DNA of 64,000 nucleotides from Phormidesmis sp. GTDB lineage: Bacteria > Cyanobacteriota > Cyanobacteriia > Leptolyngbyales > Leptolyngbyaceae. Position numbers and translations under genes: made by a program. This document shows, in pieces, positions 8,857 to 20,075 of this stretch. Every line of letters begins with the position of its first letter. The stretch's first letter is position 1. The stretch is taken from the NCBI GenBank assembly GCA_965248535.1, contig CBDFJR010000005.1, forward strand, positions 160,001 through 224,000, read 5' to 3'. Under the pieces are notes generated by a model. It worked only from the letters and a program-made list of their open reading frames with translations. It was not told the origin of the DNA and did no database searches.

Positions 8857-9597
8857 ATGGCAAAGCAGCGATCGGATCTCAAAATTCTCCTCCTACAAAT
8901 CCGCAGTGACGCGATCACGCGATTAGAAGAGCTAGACGAGTTTGGGCGCTATGGTCGCTTAGAACCCCACCAGTTTTCGGTGCTCGATGTCTTTGCCACT
9001 CCTGACTTTAGCCCGACTGAGATTGAAGGCTATGATGCGTTATTTATCGGCGGATCGAGTGATGCCTCGGTGACTCAGCCAGCGTTATATCCCTTTGTCG
9101 AACCTACTAAGAAGCTGATTGTTCACTGTCTTGACAAAAGCATTCCTGTTTTTGCTTCTTGTTTTGGGTTTCAGGCGGCGATCGAGGCCTTAGGTGGGCA
9201 AGTGATCGTCGATAAACCCAATATGGAGATGGGCACCTATCCCATTTGGTTGACTGAAAATGCTGCGAGTGATTTGCTCTTTCATGACGTGCCGAATGGG
9301 TTTCTAGCCATCTCAGGTCACAAAGAACGGGCAATTTCAATGCCCAAAGATGCCATTTTGTTAGCCTATTCCGATCTCTGTCCGTTTCACGCCTTTAAGA
9401 TTGTCGATAAACCATTTTATGGCTTTCAGTTTCACCCCGAAGTCGATGCCAAAGATTTAGTCGCTCGCATCAGTCGCTATCACGAACGATATTTGGACGA
9501 TCGGGCCCTGCTCGATCGCATTCTAGATCAAGCGCAAGACACGCCGATCGCCAATCAACTAATCGAGAAGTTTGTCGATCGCATCCTGCTACAGTAA
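8857..9597 (+). CDS. Class I glutamine amidotransferase (GMP synthase-like domain)
   Basis: FIGGS, nucleophile ASCFGFQ, and FQFHPE. Confidence 0.9.
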   Translation: MAKQRSDLKILLLQIRSDAITRLEELDEFGRYGRLEPHQFSVLDVFATPDFSPTEIEGYDALFIGGSSDASVTQPALYPFVEPTKKLIVHCLDKSIPVFASCFGFQAAIEALGGQVIVDKPNMEMGTYPIWLTENAASDLLFHDVPNGFLAISGHKERAISMPKDAILLAYSDLCPFHAFKIVDKPFYGFQFHPEVDAKDLVARISRYHERYLDDRALLDRILDQAQDTPIANQLIEKFVDRILLQ

Positions 9598-10776
9598 GTC
9601 CAAAATTTCTTGGGCGGCCCGATCGCACACTCCCACTTCTCCCACGGCTCGACGCATTTCTTGATAGTCTGCCAGCATTTTTTGACGGCGATCAGGCTGA
9701 AGCAGGGCGATCGCTTCTTCGACAATGTTTTCTACGGTGGCTTCGTCTTGCAGAAATTCTGGCACGATCGGCTTCATTTCGACCAAGTTAGGCGGCGACA
9801 TAAAGGGAATCGACACCCTGAGAATCTTTTGAGCAATCCAGGCGGTGACGCGATTGACGCGATAAAGCACCACTTGCGGCACGTCTAGTAAGGCCATTTC
9901 AAGATTTACCGTGCCCGATTTGGTGATGGCTAGATCTGCGGCCGCGATCGCTTGCAGGGTTGTCTGCCCTTGATTGCTGTCTAACAATGTCGCCCGCAGT
10001 CCATATTCCTCAATCGCTTGCTCGATCGCCCAGCGATATTTTTCTAGCGCTAGCGGAATCCAAAAATGAGCTTTGGGAAACGTTTCTTGAATTTGCTGCG
10101 CCGCCTCAAAGATCACAGGCAGCAGATACTTCAACTCTTGTTGACGAGACGCAGGCAACAGCACGATCGCCGTTTCGTCAGGGGGAATGCCCAGCGCCGA
10201 TCGCGCATCTTCTCGACTCGGAGCCGCCTGCACCCGATCGACTAAGGGATGCCCCACCCAAGCCACGTTTCCGCCCTTGCGTTTGAAATAGTTAGCCTCT
10301 TCTTGAAAGATCGCCAAAATTTTGCGAGTGGCTCCCACAATGCGATCGGTGTTGTAAGAACTCGCCGACCACACCCACTCTTGAGGCGCAATAAAATAGA
10401 CCACAGGCACTTGAGGCAAATGCTTGGGCAAATAGCTGCAAAACGCCACATTGGGAGTCATGTAGTCAATCAACACCACCACATCAGGTGGATGGGTTTT
10501 GAGATATTGCTTGGCTTGCTGCTGCACCTTGAGAGTGGGCAAGATATAGGGCAAGGATTCCAGCAGCCCGATCGAGCCGATGGCGCTGGTGTGTCCGAGC
10601 AGTTTGGCTCCGGCTTCTTCCATGCGATCGCCGCCCAAGGCCAAAATTTCTAACACCATGCCCAGCTTTTCGGCGCGGCGCTGCAAAGCTTGAATCAGCA
10701 AAGCCCCCTGAAGATCGCCGGAGACTTCGCCTGTGCTGATGAAAACGCGAACGGGTTTTAAAGAGTCGGACTTCAT
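9589..10776 (-). CDS. lpxB: Lipid-A-disaccharide synthase
   Basis: STGEVSGDLQG, VGHPLVD, LLPASR and KSGTVNLE motifs; lpx operon context. Confidence 0.97.
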   Translation of the reverse strand: MKSDSLKPVRVFISTGEVSGDLQGALLIQALQRRAEKLGMVLEILALGGDRMEEAGAKLLGHTSAIGSIGLLESLPYILPTLKVQQQAKQYLKTHPPDVVVLIDYMTPNVAFCSYLPKHLPQVPVVYFIAPQEWVWSASSYNTDRIVGATRKILAIFQEEANYFKRKGGNVAWVGHPLVDRVQAAPSREDARSALGIPPDETAIVLLPASRQQELKYLLPVIFEAAQQIQETFPKAHFWIPLALEKYRWAIEQAIEEYGLRATLLDSNQGQTTLQAIAAADLAITKSGTVNLEMALLDVPQVVLYRVNRVTAWIAQKILRVSIPFMSPPNLVEMKPIVPEFLQDEATVENIVEEAIALLQPDRRQKMLADYQEMRRAVGEVGVCDRAAQEILDLL

Positions 10777-11594
10777 CCTTCATCCCTCACACGCTTTCCG
10801 GGCGTTAGCCCTCGTCTGCCGGGCAAGAGAGATTGCCGAATAAATCGCTGCAAGTGCTGCAAATGGACGTTTTCGGGCAGTAATTCTAGCTGCTCGATCG
10901 CGTCATTTAGCGTCAACCCCGATCGATAGATCAATCGAAACGCTTTTTTGAGCAACTGCATGGTTTGTCCGTCGTGCTCATCGGCTAGGCCCGATCGCTG
11001 TAAGCCAATTAAGTTGAGCGATCGCACCCGTGAAGGGTTGCCCTCCACCGTCATATAGGGCGGAACGTCTCGATCGATGCGAGCCATGCCGCCGACCATG
11101 GCGTGTCGCCCAATGTGCACAAATTGATGAACGCCCAGCACGCCGCTCAGTCGCGCTCGTGACTCAATGTGGACGTGACCCGCTAACGCCACCGCATTGG
11201 AAATGATCACCTGATCTTCGATCGAGCAGTTATGCCCGACGTGGACGTTTGCCATCAGCATATTGCCATTGCCGATCGTCGTGACTTCGCCCGCAAACGT
11301 GGCCCGATGAATGGTGACAAACTCGCGAATCTGGTTGTCGTCGCCAATCTTGACCAGACTCAGCGCCCCATTATATTTCAAGTCTTGCGGCTCTAGCCCA
11401 ATCACCGCACCCGGAAAGATGTGATTGCGATCGCCGATCTCAGTCTGGCCTTCTAGCACCACATGATGACCGACCAGACTTCCGGCTCCCACTGTCACCT
11501 TTTCCCCAATCACCGCATAAGCGCCCACCGTCACCGTCGGGTGAAGTTGAGCACCAGGATGAATAACTGCCGTTGGATGAATCAGGGTTGCCAT
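10773..11594 (-). CDS. lpxA: UDP-N-acetylglucosamine acyltransferase
   Basis: IHPTAVI hexapeptide repeats, PQDLKY, IREFVTIHRAT. Confidence 0.97.
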   Translation of the reverse strand: MATLIHPTAVIHPGAQLHPTVTVGAYAVIGEKVTVGAGSLVGHHVVLEGQTEIGDRNHIFPGAVIGLEPQDLKYNGALSLVKIGDDNQIREFVTIHRATFAGEVTTIGNGNMLMANVHVGHNCSIEDQVIISNAVALAGHVHIESRARLSGVLGVHQFVHIGRHAMVGGMARIDRDVPPYMTVEGNPSRVRSLNLIGLQRSGLADEHDGQTMQLLKKAFRLIYRSGLTLNDAIEQLELLPENVHLQHLQRFIRQSLLPGRRGLTPGKRVRDEG

Positions 11595-11597
11595 AAA

Positions 11598-11724
11598 AGT
11601 TTTGAGGTTTGAGTTCTGAGTTTTAGGGGGTTAAATTGCAGGGTTTACGACACGAACAGCGATCGAGAGAAGTCGATACACCAGTGATTAGCAGTGACTC
11701 AACTCAAAATTCAAAGCTCAAAAC
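11598..11724. repeat. Short heptamer-type tandem repeats in inverted arrangement
   Basis: TTTGAGG-TTTGAGT-TCTGAGT-TTTAG at left and CTCAACT-CAAAATT-CAAAGCT-CAAAAC at right of the fabZ-lpxA spacer. Confidence 0.55.
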
Positions 11725-11730
11725 CCACGC

Positions 11731-12255
11731 TTAACTGACTAACGCAAACATTAAATCACCTTCGCAAGCCAATTGTCCGTCTACTTCGGCACGACCGCGC
11801 ATCTTCCCAAAACGACGAGCTTTAACTGACAGCAGTTCCACCGTTATGACTAGCTGATCGCCAGGCACCACGGGGCGACGAAACCGCACGCCATCAATGC
11901 CCGCAAACATAAACAGACCACCCTGCACGTCTGCCATCTGGGTCAGCACCACGCCACCCACCTGGGCCATGGCTTCAATAATCAGCACCCCCGGCATGAT
12001 TGGTTTGCCTGGAAAGTGCCCTTGAAAATGTGGCTCATTAAACGAGACATTCTTGATCCCGATCGCCATCTTGGCGGGCACGTAGTCAATGATGCGATCG
12101 ACCAGCGCAAACGGGTAGCGGTGAGGCAACAGAGCGTGAATTTCTTCAACTGTGAACACGGTTTTTTGAGGAGCGGGTTCAGAAGCCTGTTCGGTGGGCA
12201 GATCAACGTGGAGCGCAGCCGCATTTTCTGAATTGGTATCAATCAGGGTTGACAT
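11731..12255 (-). CDS. fabZ: 3-hydroxyacyl-ACP dehydratase
   Basis: [11 protein letters not shown] and [22 protein letters not shown]. Confidence 0.97.
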   Translation of the reverse strand: MSTLIDTNSENAAALHVDLPTEQASEPAPQKTVFTVEEIHALLPHRYPFALVDRIIDYVPAKMAIGIKNVSFNEPHFQGHFPGKPIMPGVLIIEAMAQVGGVVLTQMADVQGGLFMFAGIDGVRFRRPVVPGDQLVITVELLSVKARRFGKMRGRAEVDGQLACEGDLMFALVS

Positions 12256-13145
12256 GGGTTGGGTGGTGAATATAGGGCGAGGGAAATTTTTTGTGCAAGC
12301 TGAGTGTGCAGACGGTGACTTGCCTTGTAAGCAAGAAAATGGGCGATCGGAATAACTCCCAGCAAACTCAAGTCCCCTACTAAGTCTAAAAGCTTATGGC
12401 GCACTGGCTCATTGGAAAATCTGAGGGGAGGGTTTAGCCAGCCTTCAGGGCCACACACCAAAGCGTTTTCTAACGACCCTCCTTTGATCAGCCCGCTAGC
12501 ACGAAGCTGATCGATTTGATGAGCTAACCCAAAGGTGCGGGCCGGGGCAAGCTCGGCCGCAAAGGAATCACCACTCCCAGGGGCCCAACTGTGCCACTGT
12601 TGCCCGATCGCCGCTAGCTCAAAGTCAATGCCATAGCTAAACCGCAGCGCCAGAGCCGGGATCGCCGCCACAAACGCATCGCCTTCATAGATCCAAATCG
12701 GCTCTGCAAGGGAGGGAGTGACGCGATCGACCGCTTGAGAAACGAGACCGACTTCCGCGATCGCGCTCACCCATTCCTGGGCAGAACCGTCTAATAAAGG
12801 CACTTCGGCCCCGTCAATCTCAATGCGGGCGTTGTCAACCCCCAGTCCCGTCAGCGCTGCCAGCAAATGCTCAACCGTGCGAACCTTGGCATCGCCCTGG
12901 ATCAACTCCGTCGAGAGCATCGTGGGACTGACCGCCTCGATTTGGGCAGAGATGATTGGCTCACCCGGCAAATCAACTCGCACAAAATAGCGCCCCTCTC
13001 CAGGGTTCGCCGGACAAATTTGCACCTGCGTTAACGTTCCAGAGTGCAGACCAATGCCCGATCGGGTCACCGTCTGCGCCAGAGTGTGCTGAGAAGACAA
13101 ATTCAAGCTGGTTTCTGCCCCTGATTGAGTCGTGACCGTTGTCAT
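12243..13145 (-). CDS. lpxC: UDP-3-O-acyl-GlcNAc deacetylase
   Basis: [31 protein letters not shown]. Confidence 0.97.
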   Translation of the reverse strand: MTTVTTQSGAETSLNLSSQHTLAQTVTRSGIGLHSGTLTQVQICPANPGEGRYFVRVDLPGEPIISAQIEAVSPTMLSTELIQGDAKVRTVEHLLAALTGLGVDNARIEIDGAEVPLLDGSAQEWVSAIAEVGLVSQAVDRVTPSLAEPIWIYEGDAFVAAIPALALRFSYGIDFELAAIGQQWHSWAPGSGDSFAAELAPARTFGLAHQIDQLRASGLIKGGSLENALVCGPEGWLNPPLRFSNEPVRHKLLDLVGDLSLLGVIPIAHFLAYKASHRLHTQLAQKISLALYSPPNPCQP

Positions 13146-15475
13146 TAAAATCGCTCCCCAAACCCAAAGCGAATGTTGTTGCCGCCACGATCGTTCAGAC
13201 CAAAATCGATCCGAATCGGGCCGAGCGGAGATTGCACCCTCACGCCAATCCCATAGCCAAAGCCACTTCCCGGCTTGCCGCGCACTCCGGCTGGGTCACC
13301 CGGCACATTCTTTCCACTGCCTAAATCGCTGGCAGCATCGACAAACAACGCCCCAGAGATAATCGAGAATACGGGAAACCGATATTCTGCGGTGGCTTGC
13401 AGATAGCTGCGACCGCTGCCCACATCGCCTTCGTCATAGCCCCGCACCGAGTTGGTGCCACCGAGGGGAAACGCCTCATAGGGCGGTAGATCACCCAACA
13501 CAGTGCCACCTTGAAGGTTAAAGGCCAAGGCTTGCGCGCAACCGCCTGTCGGGGGCTTTTCACCAATTTTCAAGACTTTATTATCTCGACAGCCCGGCGT
13601 GAGACGAGTCAACCGCACCGGAACATAAAAGCTATAGTTTCCGCGCAGGCGATTAAAGAGAATGCTGCCACTGCCCAACGGAACCGATTGCTCAGTGCTA
13701 AAGCTGAGAACCGAGCCGCTGGTGGGGGTCAGAAAATTGTTGCGGCGATCGCGCACAAACCCCAGTCTCCCCGTGATCAAATCATCTTTGCCACTAGAGT
13801 CAAAACTCAACAGGTTGCCCAAACTGTCTCTCGGACTCAGCTTGCCATCGGCATCTCGAATCGAAACCCGTTGATATTGGAATCCGAGAGAAGCCGTCCA
13901 TTCTGCCCGCTTAAAGGGATTTCGCTCTAAAGGACGGTTAAAGCTGATGCCGCCTCCCGTTCTCAAAACACGAGGACGATCGCCGTTGGGTAACTTAATT
14001 TCTGGGTCGCCCCCATCAAAAACGAGTGAAATCGTCTTGCGTCTAAACAGGTTAACCGTGTAGGACGTGCGGAACGGGTCGCCCCCAATCCACGGGTCAG
14101 TAAAGCTCAGGTCAAAGAGTTGATCGCGCTGACCAATCTGCACTTCTGCATTCAGCTTTTGGTCATTGCCGCCCACATTTTGCTGCTGATAGCTGACGCT
14201 GCCAAACAGACCACTGGCAGAGCTAAAGCCCCCAGCCAGACCAACGTTGCCCGTGTTCTTTTCGGTGACGTTGGCGACCACAATCACTTTACGAGGGTCT
14301 TGACCCGGACTCAGCGACAGCTTGATGTCATCAAAAATGCCTAAGCCAAAAGCCCGTTGCAGATCTCGCTCGGCTGTCGCCCGGTTAAAGACATCGCCCG
14401 GTTTTAGCTCAAACTCACGGGTGACGATAAAATCTCGCGTCCGGCCTCGAATCGGATTGCCCTTGGCATCTTTTTCTTCGCCTTGTTTATTGACAAACCG
14501 GACTTGCAGCCCCTCGACCACTCCTTCTGCCACTTCTAGCGTCACGGAGCCATCAGGAGCAACCTTGGGCACGTTGACTACCTGGGCCAAAACATAGCCA
14601 TTGTCTTGATACCACTTGGTCAGAGCTTGAATGCCTGTCTGAAGCTGGCGCAGGTTGAGCGTGGTGCCATATTGCGGGGTAAAAATATCGCTGACCACTT
14701 TGGCGGGCACGACACGAGCACCCTCTAGCTGCACAGACTTTAAGACGGGGTTGGGCTGCACTTCAAACGTGACTCGCACCCCAAGCGGTGTATCGGCTGG
14801 CGTTGCCTTGACGTTTTGAAAGAAGCCAGTCGCAAAGATGGCATTGATGTCTTCTTGCAGTTGCGATCGGGTGGTCGTCCGTCCGGGTTGGGTGCGAATG
14901 ACTCGATAGACTTCAGCTTGCAGATCAGCTTCTGCACCGACTACAAGCACCTCGCCGACTAGCACTCTAGGCTCTGGTGCCGCGTCGGGGGCTGGGCTGG
15001 GAGTCGTTGAAGGGGTTGGAGTTGAAGGTTGAGGAGTCGGAGCCGGAACCGTGGGAATAGTCAAGGTCGGTGAGGTTGGAGACGGAGGATTAAGCTGAAT
15101 TGGGTTAGGCTGCTGCTCGTCAACTGGGCTGCCTTGAGTTTGGGCGATCTCAACGGCGGCAGTCACCAATTTTGACCGAAATGGTTTTAGGGGCTGGGCT
15201 GAGATTGTGTCAGGAACGGAAACCGCAGCCACCTTCACCGTCTCGACCACAACATCTTGGCTCGATCGCTGCGTCTGAGCAGTCACCTTTTCTGACGGTT
15301 GACTCGGTTTAATGCCGGGGTCAGTTCCTATGACCTGGAGAGGGGTCACCTGTGATTTTTGGGAGCCTTCAGGGGGTTGGGCTTTTGCAGAACTCGACCA
15401 GCCAACGGTGGCGACAGCCGCAAAGGCTGCCATTAAAACAGGGGATAATCGCATTTTGTTCACGTTACTTGGCAC
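13145..15475 (-). CDS. bamA: Omp85/BamA outer-membrane assembly protein
   Basis: Signal peptide, Pro-rich linker, POTRA region, VRGY motif, C-terminal GERF; start may be 15454. Confidence 0.93.
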   Translation of the reverse strand: MPSNVNKMRLSPVLMAAFAAVATVGWSSSAKAQPPEGSQKSQVTPLQVIGTDPGIKPSQPSEKVTAQTQRSSQDVVVETVKVAAVSVPDTISAQPLKPFRSKLVTAAVEIAQTQGSPVDEQQPNPIQLNPPSPTSPTLTIPTVPAPTPQPSTPTPSTTPSPAPDAAPEPRVLVGEVLVVGAEADLQAEVYRVIRTQPGRTTTRSQLQEDINAIFATGFFQNVKATPADTPLGVRVTFEVQPNPVLKSVQLEGARVVPAKVVSDIFTPQYGTTLNLRQLQTGIQALTKWYQDNGYVLAQVVNVPKVAPDGSVTLEVAEGVVEGLQVRFVNKQGEEKDAKGNPIRGRTRDFIVTREFELKPGDVFNRATAERDLQRAFGLGIFDDIKLSLSPGQDPRKVIVVANVTEKNTGNVGLAGGFSSASGLFGSVSYQQQNVGGNDQKLNAEVQIGQRDQLFDLSFTDPWIGGDPFRTSYTVNLFRRKTISLVFDGGDPEIKLPNGDRPRVLRTGGGISFNRPLERNPFKRAEWTASLGFQYQRVSIRDADGKLSPRDSLGNLLSFDSSGKDDLITGRLGFVRDRRNNFLTPTSGSVLSFSTEQSVPLGSGSILFNRLRGNYSFYVPVRLTRLTPGCRDNKVLKIGEKPPTGGCAQALAFNLQGGTVLGDLPPYEAFPLGGTNSVRGYDEGDVGSGRSYLQATAEYRFPVFSIISGALFVDAASDLGSGKNVPGDPAGVRGKPGSGFGYGIGVRVQSPLGPIRIDFGLNDRGGNNIRFGFGERF

Positions 15476-15626
15476 GTCCTCACACCAGAGTCTGCTCAGA
15501 GCAGATTCAACATCACAATATCAAGAAGCGGTTCCAATCCTAGCAGGCTGTGAAATTTTACCGCATTGTTGGGGGCTACTCTGCGGCGATCGAGCCAGTT
15601 ACTGCAAAATCATCTGAGGTGATTTG

Positions 15627-16355
15627 CTAAACGGCTTGGACTAAAACCCGCGCTAGCACTTGCTGATAGGCTTCTTCGACGCTGCCTAGATCGCGACGAA
15701 AACGGTCTTTATCCATAACGCGGCGATCGGGGTCAGTTTCGGTTTGGTTCCACAAGCGGCAAGTGTCAGGGCTGATCTCGTCGGCTAAGAGAAGCTGGTC
15801 TTTTGAGTCGATGCCAAACTCAAGCTTGAAGTCTACCAGGGTGATTTGACACTGGTTAAAGAAGGCGATGAGTAGGTCATTGATCCGCAGGGCCATTCTT
15901 CTTAATTGATCCACCTGATCATCGGCAGCCAGATCAAGAAGCCGAAGCCGATCGAGGGTTAGCAAAGGGTCACCCAATTGATCGTTTTTATAATAAAACT
16001 CCACGAGCGGTTGACTGAGAATTGTTCCGAGCTTCAGACCTGTTTGTTGACAGAGACTACCCGCTGCAATGTTCCTGACGACAACTTCTAAAGGCAAAAT
16101 TTTGACTGATTTGACCCGCATTTCATTGGGCGCAGGGCAGTCAATGAAATGGGTTGACACTCCGTTAGTTTCTAGCAATTTAAAAAGGTGAGCAGACATG
16201 GCGCAGTTGATTTCTCCTTTGCCAACGATGCTGCCTCGCTTTTGCGCGTTAAAGGCGGTGGCATCGTCTTTGAAGTGAGTTAATAAAATCTGTGGATCGT
16301 CTGTGGTGTAGAGGATCTTAGCTTTGCCTTCGTAGAGTTTTTGTCCGATCGACAT
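15627..16355 (-). CDS. purC: SAICAR synthase
   Basis: LYEGKAK, FKDDATAFNA, LVDFKLEFG, LADEISPDTCR. Confidence 0.97.
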   Translation of the reverse strand: MSIGQKLYEGKAKILYTTDDPQILLTHFKDDATAFNAQKRGSIVGKGEINCAMSAHLFKLLETNGVSTHFIDCPAPNEMRVKSVKILPLEVVVRNIAAGSLCQQTGLKLGTILSQPLVEFYYKNDQLGDPLLTLDRLRLLDLAADDQVDQLRRMALRINDLLIAFFNQCQITLVDFKLEFGIDSKDQLLLADEISPDTCRLWNQTETDPDRRVMDKDRFRRDLGSVEEAYQQVLARVLVQAV

Positions 16356-16435
16356 GGCCGTGATCGCTCCCAAGCGCCAAATTTGAGTTTAACTATTGTA
16401 CCGTTCAACTCAGCGCTATTCGCAGTCTGTGATCG

Positions 16436-17707
16436 CTATCCGATTTCTCTCTTCCAAGTTGTTTTAGGTGGTTGTGTCTCAGCCAAGAGCGTTCCTTGAA
16501 AGATCACATAGCGCACGATCGCTCGTCGCCGAATCGCGTCGTAGCGATCGTCTGCATCCAACACGATTAGATTGGCAGGTTTGCCGACCTCGATCCCATA
16601 AGCGTCCTGAATGTTGAGCGTTTTAGCCCCGTTGCTTGTCACCATCTCATAGCAGGCATCAATTTCGGGCATCCCGGTCATCTGGCAAACATGCACCGCC
16701 ATCGACGCGACATCCAGCATATTGCCCGTGCCCAGCGAGTACCACGGATCTTGCACGCAGTCGTGGCCTAAACTCACGTTGGTGCCCTGCTGCCACAGTT
16801 CTTTAACACGAGTTACGCCCCGCCGTTTGGGATAGGTATCGGTGCGACCTTGCAGCGTGATGTTGATCAGGGGATTGGCAATGAAATTGATCTGAGTGCG
16901 TTGCAAAAACCCCAAAAGCTTGAATGCGTAAGCGTTGTTGTAAGAGCCAAACGCTGTAGTGTGGCTGGCGGTGACTCGCGATCCCATTTCAGTCCGAATG
17001 GCACAAGCAGCCACCACTTCTAAAAACCGGGATTGATCATCATCAATTTCATCACAGTGAACATCGATTAAGCGATCGTACTTTTCCGCCAGTTCAAAAA
17101 TGCGATGCACCGATCGCACTCCATCTTCACGAGTTAGTTCGTAATGGGGAATGCCGCCCACAGCATCGGCTCCCATTTTGAGCGCTTCTTCCATCAACTC
17201 GTCATTTTTCGGGCTGCCATAGATGCCGTCTTGGGGAAAGGCCACGATTTGTAGTGTGATCCAGTCTTTTACCGCTTCTCGCACTTCTAATAGAGCTTGC
17301 AGAGCCGTTAAACTGGCTTCGCTGACATCGGCGTGACTGCGAACAAAGAGAACCCCTTGAGCCGCCTGCTGTTTGAGCGTCGCGATCGCCCGCCGCTTGA
17401 CGTTATCCAGCGACAAATTTTGTTTATAGTCTCGCCAGATCTCAATGCCCTCAAACAAAGTGCCGCTTTGATTCCAGCGCGGATCGCCTGCTGTCATCGC
17501 CGAGTCGAGATGGATGTGTGACTCAACAAACGGCGGACTGACGAACAGATCGTGAGCGTCTAACTCTAAGTCAGCTACGCCATCAATGTGAGGCGCGATC
17601 GCCGCAATTTTGCCGTCTTGGATCGCAATATCTACGGGTTCAACCAGGTCGGATGGTTGTCGCAATCGACCCTGCCGCAAAATCATCTCATAGACGGGCG
17701 TGGTCAT
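16436..17707 (-). CDS. codA: Cytosine deaminase
   Basis: ESHIHLD, PRWNQSGTLFEGI, VHCDEIDD, GHDCVQDPWY. Confidence 0.93.
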   Translation of the reverse strand: MTTPVYEMILRQGRLRQPSDLVEPVDIAIQDGKIAAIAPHIDGVADLELDAHDLFVSPPFVESHIHLDSAMTAGDPRWNQSGTLFEGIEIWRDYKQNLSLDNVKRRAIATLKQQAAQGVLFVRSHADVSEASLTALQALLEVREAVKDWITLQIVAFPQDGIYGSPKNDELMEEALKMGADAVGGIPHYELTREDGVRSVHRIFELAEKYDRLIDVHCDEIDDDQSRFLEVVAACAIRTEMGSRVTASHTTAFGSYNNAYAFKLLGFLQRTQINFIANPLINITLQGRTDTYPKRRGVTRVKELWQQGTNVSLGHDCVQDPWYSLGTGNMLDVASMAVHVCQMTGMPEIDACYEMVTSNGAKTLNIQDAYGIEVGKPANLIVLDADDRYDAIRRRAIVRYVIFQGTLLAETQPPKTTWKREIG

Positions 17708-17848
17708 AAAATTTGCACCTCTGGGCGATCGTCACTCTCCCCAATTTATCCGATCGGGACGGCGCGAAGAGTACCCAAAGGTGCAATCTATCAAGAAGCT
17801 AGGCCTTTGAAAATGATGAAATGAGCAAAGCCCCTTAACTAACTTGCT

Positions 17849-18268
17849 TTAGTGGCTAGGATAGCTGTGCTGCTCGATCAGCGGCTCTAACCAGGGCTGA
17901 AATTCATCTCGACGGAAAATCTGAGCGCGGCGACGATAGTCAAATCTGACTAAGCTAGGCAACCCATGCTTGCGAAGACAGTCTTTGATCCAAGAGGCCA
18001 CTCCTTGACCTGCTTCGGGCAACATCTCGGTTTGAAAAGGGCCATACATCAGCACCAGTTGACTGTTGGTTTGAAGCGGAGCGTCTTGCTCAATCAGCTT
18101 CGTCAGACTGGTTTTGGTGTTTGCAGGGCGACTGCGGGTTGATTCTCCCCATTGATGCGAGGGGGGCACTTCGGCTTTAGAGTCGGGTCGATTGGCTTTG
18201 CGAAGCTCTGAAGGGTTGCTCGCGGATGGGTGGGGGTTTGAGGAACGATGAGAATGTCTGTGGGGCAT
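17849..18268 (-). CDS. Hypothetical protein
   Basis: 139-aa ORF with AAGGAG RBS; disordered N-terminal half. Confidence 0.55.
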   Translation of the reverse strand: MPHRHSHRSSNPHPSASNPSELRKANRPDSKAEVPPSHQWGESTRSRPANTKTSLTKLIEQDAPLQTNSQLVLMYGPFQTEMLPEAGQGVASWIKDCLRKHGLPSLVRFDYRRRAQIFRRDEFQPWLEPLIEQHSYPSH

Positions 18269-18577
18269 ATAACTCCTTACGAGAGAATATAGAGGTAACA
18301 GATTTACCCCTGCTATCTATCGCAGACCTCATCAGGAACCGTCTGACTTATCGGTAAATGCAACCTAAGTCAAGGTGTAAATCTTTATATCTTGATAATA
18401 TTGTCTTTTATAAAAAACCGCAAACATTAGTTTATCTGTAGGTCAGGTTTGTATAGACGATCACAAAAACATGGTACGCGGGCGTGAGCGATCGAGGGTT
18501 TGGTGCAGACACTACAATCTGTTCTGCTAAATCTGATAAGTTAGCTGGAGACTTCCACAATAAGATAACGGTGAATC

Positions 18578-19714
18578 ATGACTGTCTGCGAATTTAGGGC
18601 AGGTCTAGAAGGCGTTCCAGCAACCCAGTCCAGCATTAGCTTCGTGGACGGGCAAAAAGGCATCTTGGAATATCGGGGCATCCCCATCCATGAACTCGCT
18701 GAAAAAAGCACCTTTTTGGAAACAGCCTATCTGCTGATCTGGAACGAGTTGCCAACCAAAGAAGAGTTAGAAGCCTTTAAAAATGAGATCCGATATCATC
18801 GAAGGCTGAAATACCGCATTCGAGACATGATGAAGTGCTTTCCTGAGAGCGGTCATCCGATGGATGCGCTTCAGGCTTGCGCGGCAGCATTGGGGCTGTT
18901 TTATTCTCGTCGCGCTTTAGACGACCCTACGTATATTCGGGCGGCTGTCGTCAGGCTTCTGGCCAAGATTCCGACAATGGTGGCCGCCTTTCAACTAATG
19001 CGAAAGGGAAATGATCCAGTTCAGCCTCGCGATGATCTGAGCTATGCCGCCAACTTTCTCTATATGCTGAATGAGAAAGAACCCGACCCACTCGCTGCCC
19101 GAATTTTTGAAGTGTGTCTGGTGCTTCACGCCGAGCACACGATCAATGCTTCGACCTTTTCGGCGATGGTGACGGCTTCGACGCTGACCGACCCTTACGC
19201 GGTGATTGCCTCGGCGGTGGGAACCTTGGCCGGCCCCCTGCACGGGGGAGCCAGCGAAGAAGTGATTGAAATGCTCGAAGAGATCGGCTCGGTTGAGAAC
19301 GTGCGTCCGTTTTTAGACGATCGACTTCAGCGCAAAGCAAAAATCATGGGCTTTGGGCACCGAGTCTACAAAGTTAAAGACCCCAGAGCTATTATTTTGC
19401 AGCAACTGGCCGAACAACTGTTTGAGAAATTTGGGCACGACAAATATTACGACATTGCGACAGAGCTAGAGCGGGCTGTTGAAGAAAAACTGGGCGGCAA
19501 GGGCATTTACCCCAACGTCGATTTTTATTCGGGTTTGGTTTATCGCAAGTTGGGCATTCCGACAGACCTGTTTACGCCTGTGTTTGCGATCTCTCGCGTC
19601 GCAGGCTGGCTGGCTCATTGGAAAGAGCAGTTGAACGAAAATCGAATCTTCAGACCGACGCAGATCTATACCGGGTTGCATTCAGCACCCTATGTGTCGA
19701 TCGACGATCGCTAG
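18578..19714 (+). CDS. gltA: Citrate synthase
   Basis: HAEHTINAST, GPLHGGA, GFGHRVYK, YPNVDFYSG. Confidence 0.97.
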   Translation: MTVCEFRAGLEGVPATQSSISFVDGQKGILEYRGIPIHELAEKSTFLETAYLLIWNELPTKEELEAFKNEIRYHRRLKYRIRDMMKCFPESGHPMDALQACAAALGLFYSRRALDDPTYIRAAVVRLLAKIPTMVAAFQLMRKGNDPVQPRDDLSYAANFLYMLNEKEPDPLAARIFEVCLVLHAEHTINASTFSAMVTASTLTDPYAVIASAVGTLAGPLHGGASEEVIEMLEEIGSVENVRPFLDDRLQRKAKIMGFGHRVYKVKDPRAIILQQLAEQLFEKFGHDKYYDIATELERAVEEKLGGKGIYPNVDFYSGLVYRKLGIPTDLFTPVFAISRVAGWLAHWKEQLNENRIFRPTQIYTGLHSAPYVSIDDR

Positions 19715-19800
19715 TTCAACCCCAAATGCAGGGTGTCACCCCTCTTCCCCGATTGACGATCCCTTGCAACTATAGTCAGGTGACGATTTTCAGGAACTCC

Positions 19801-19835
19801 AGCCCCCAAGATTCTTGCTTTTGGGGGCTTCTTTT
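19801..19835 (+). terminator. Intrinsic terminator after gltA
   Basis: AGCCCCCAA...TTGGGGGCT stem followed by TCTTTT. Confidence 0.7.
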
Positions 19836-20075
19836 ATGGAGGGTAAAATCGGTCACCTCTAATCAGCCTAAATTGCTGCTTGAATTTGAAATCACTATTC
19901 AGTGAAATGAATGCAAACGATTGATTAGTTTGATGACCCGAAAGGCTCAAATTCAAGACCTTGATGCAATTCTGTTCCATCAGGAAAGATATACTGATAG
20001 GCGTTAATGTCGCCCAGGAACTTCATCTTGGGGTGAGTGAGCGGCGAACACAGCAATGATTTGAGTTGGGAAAGC

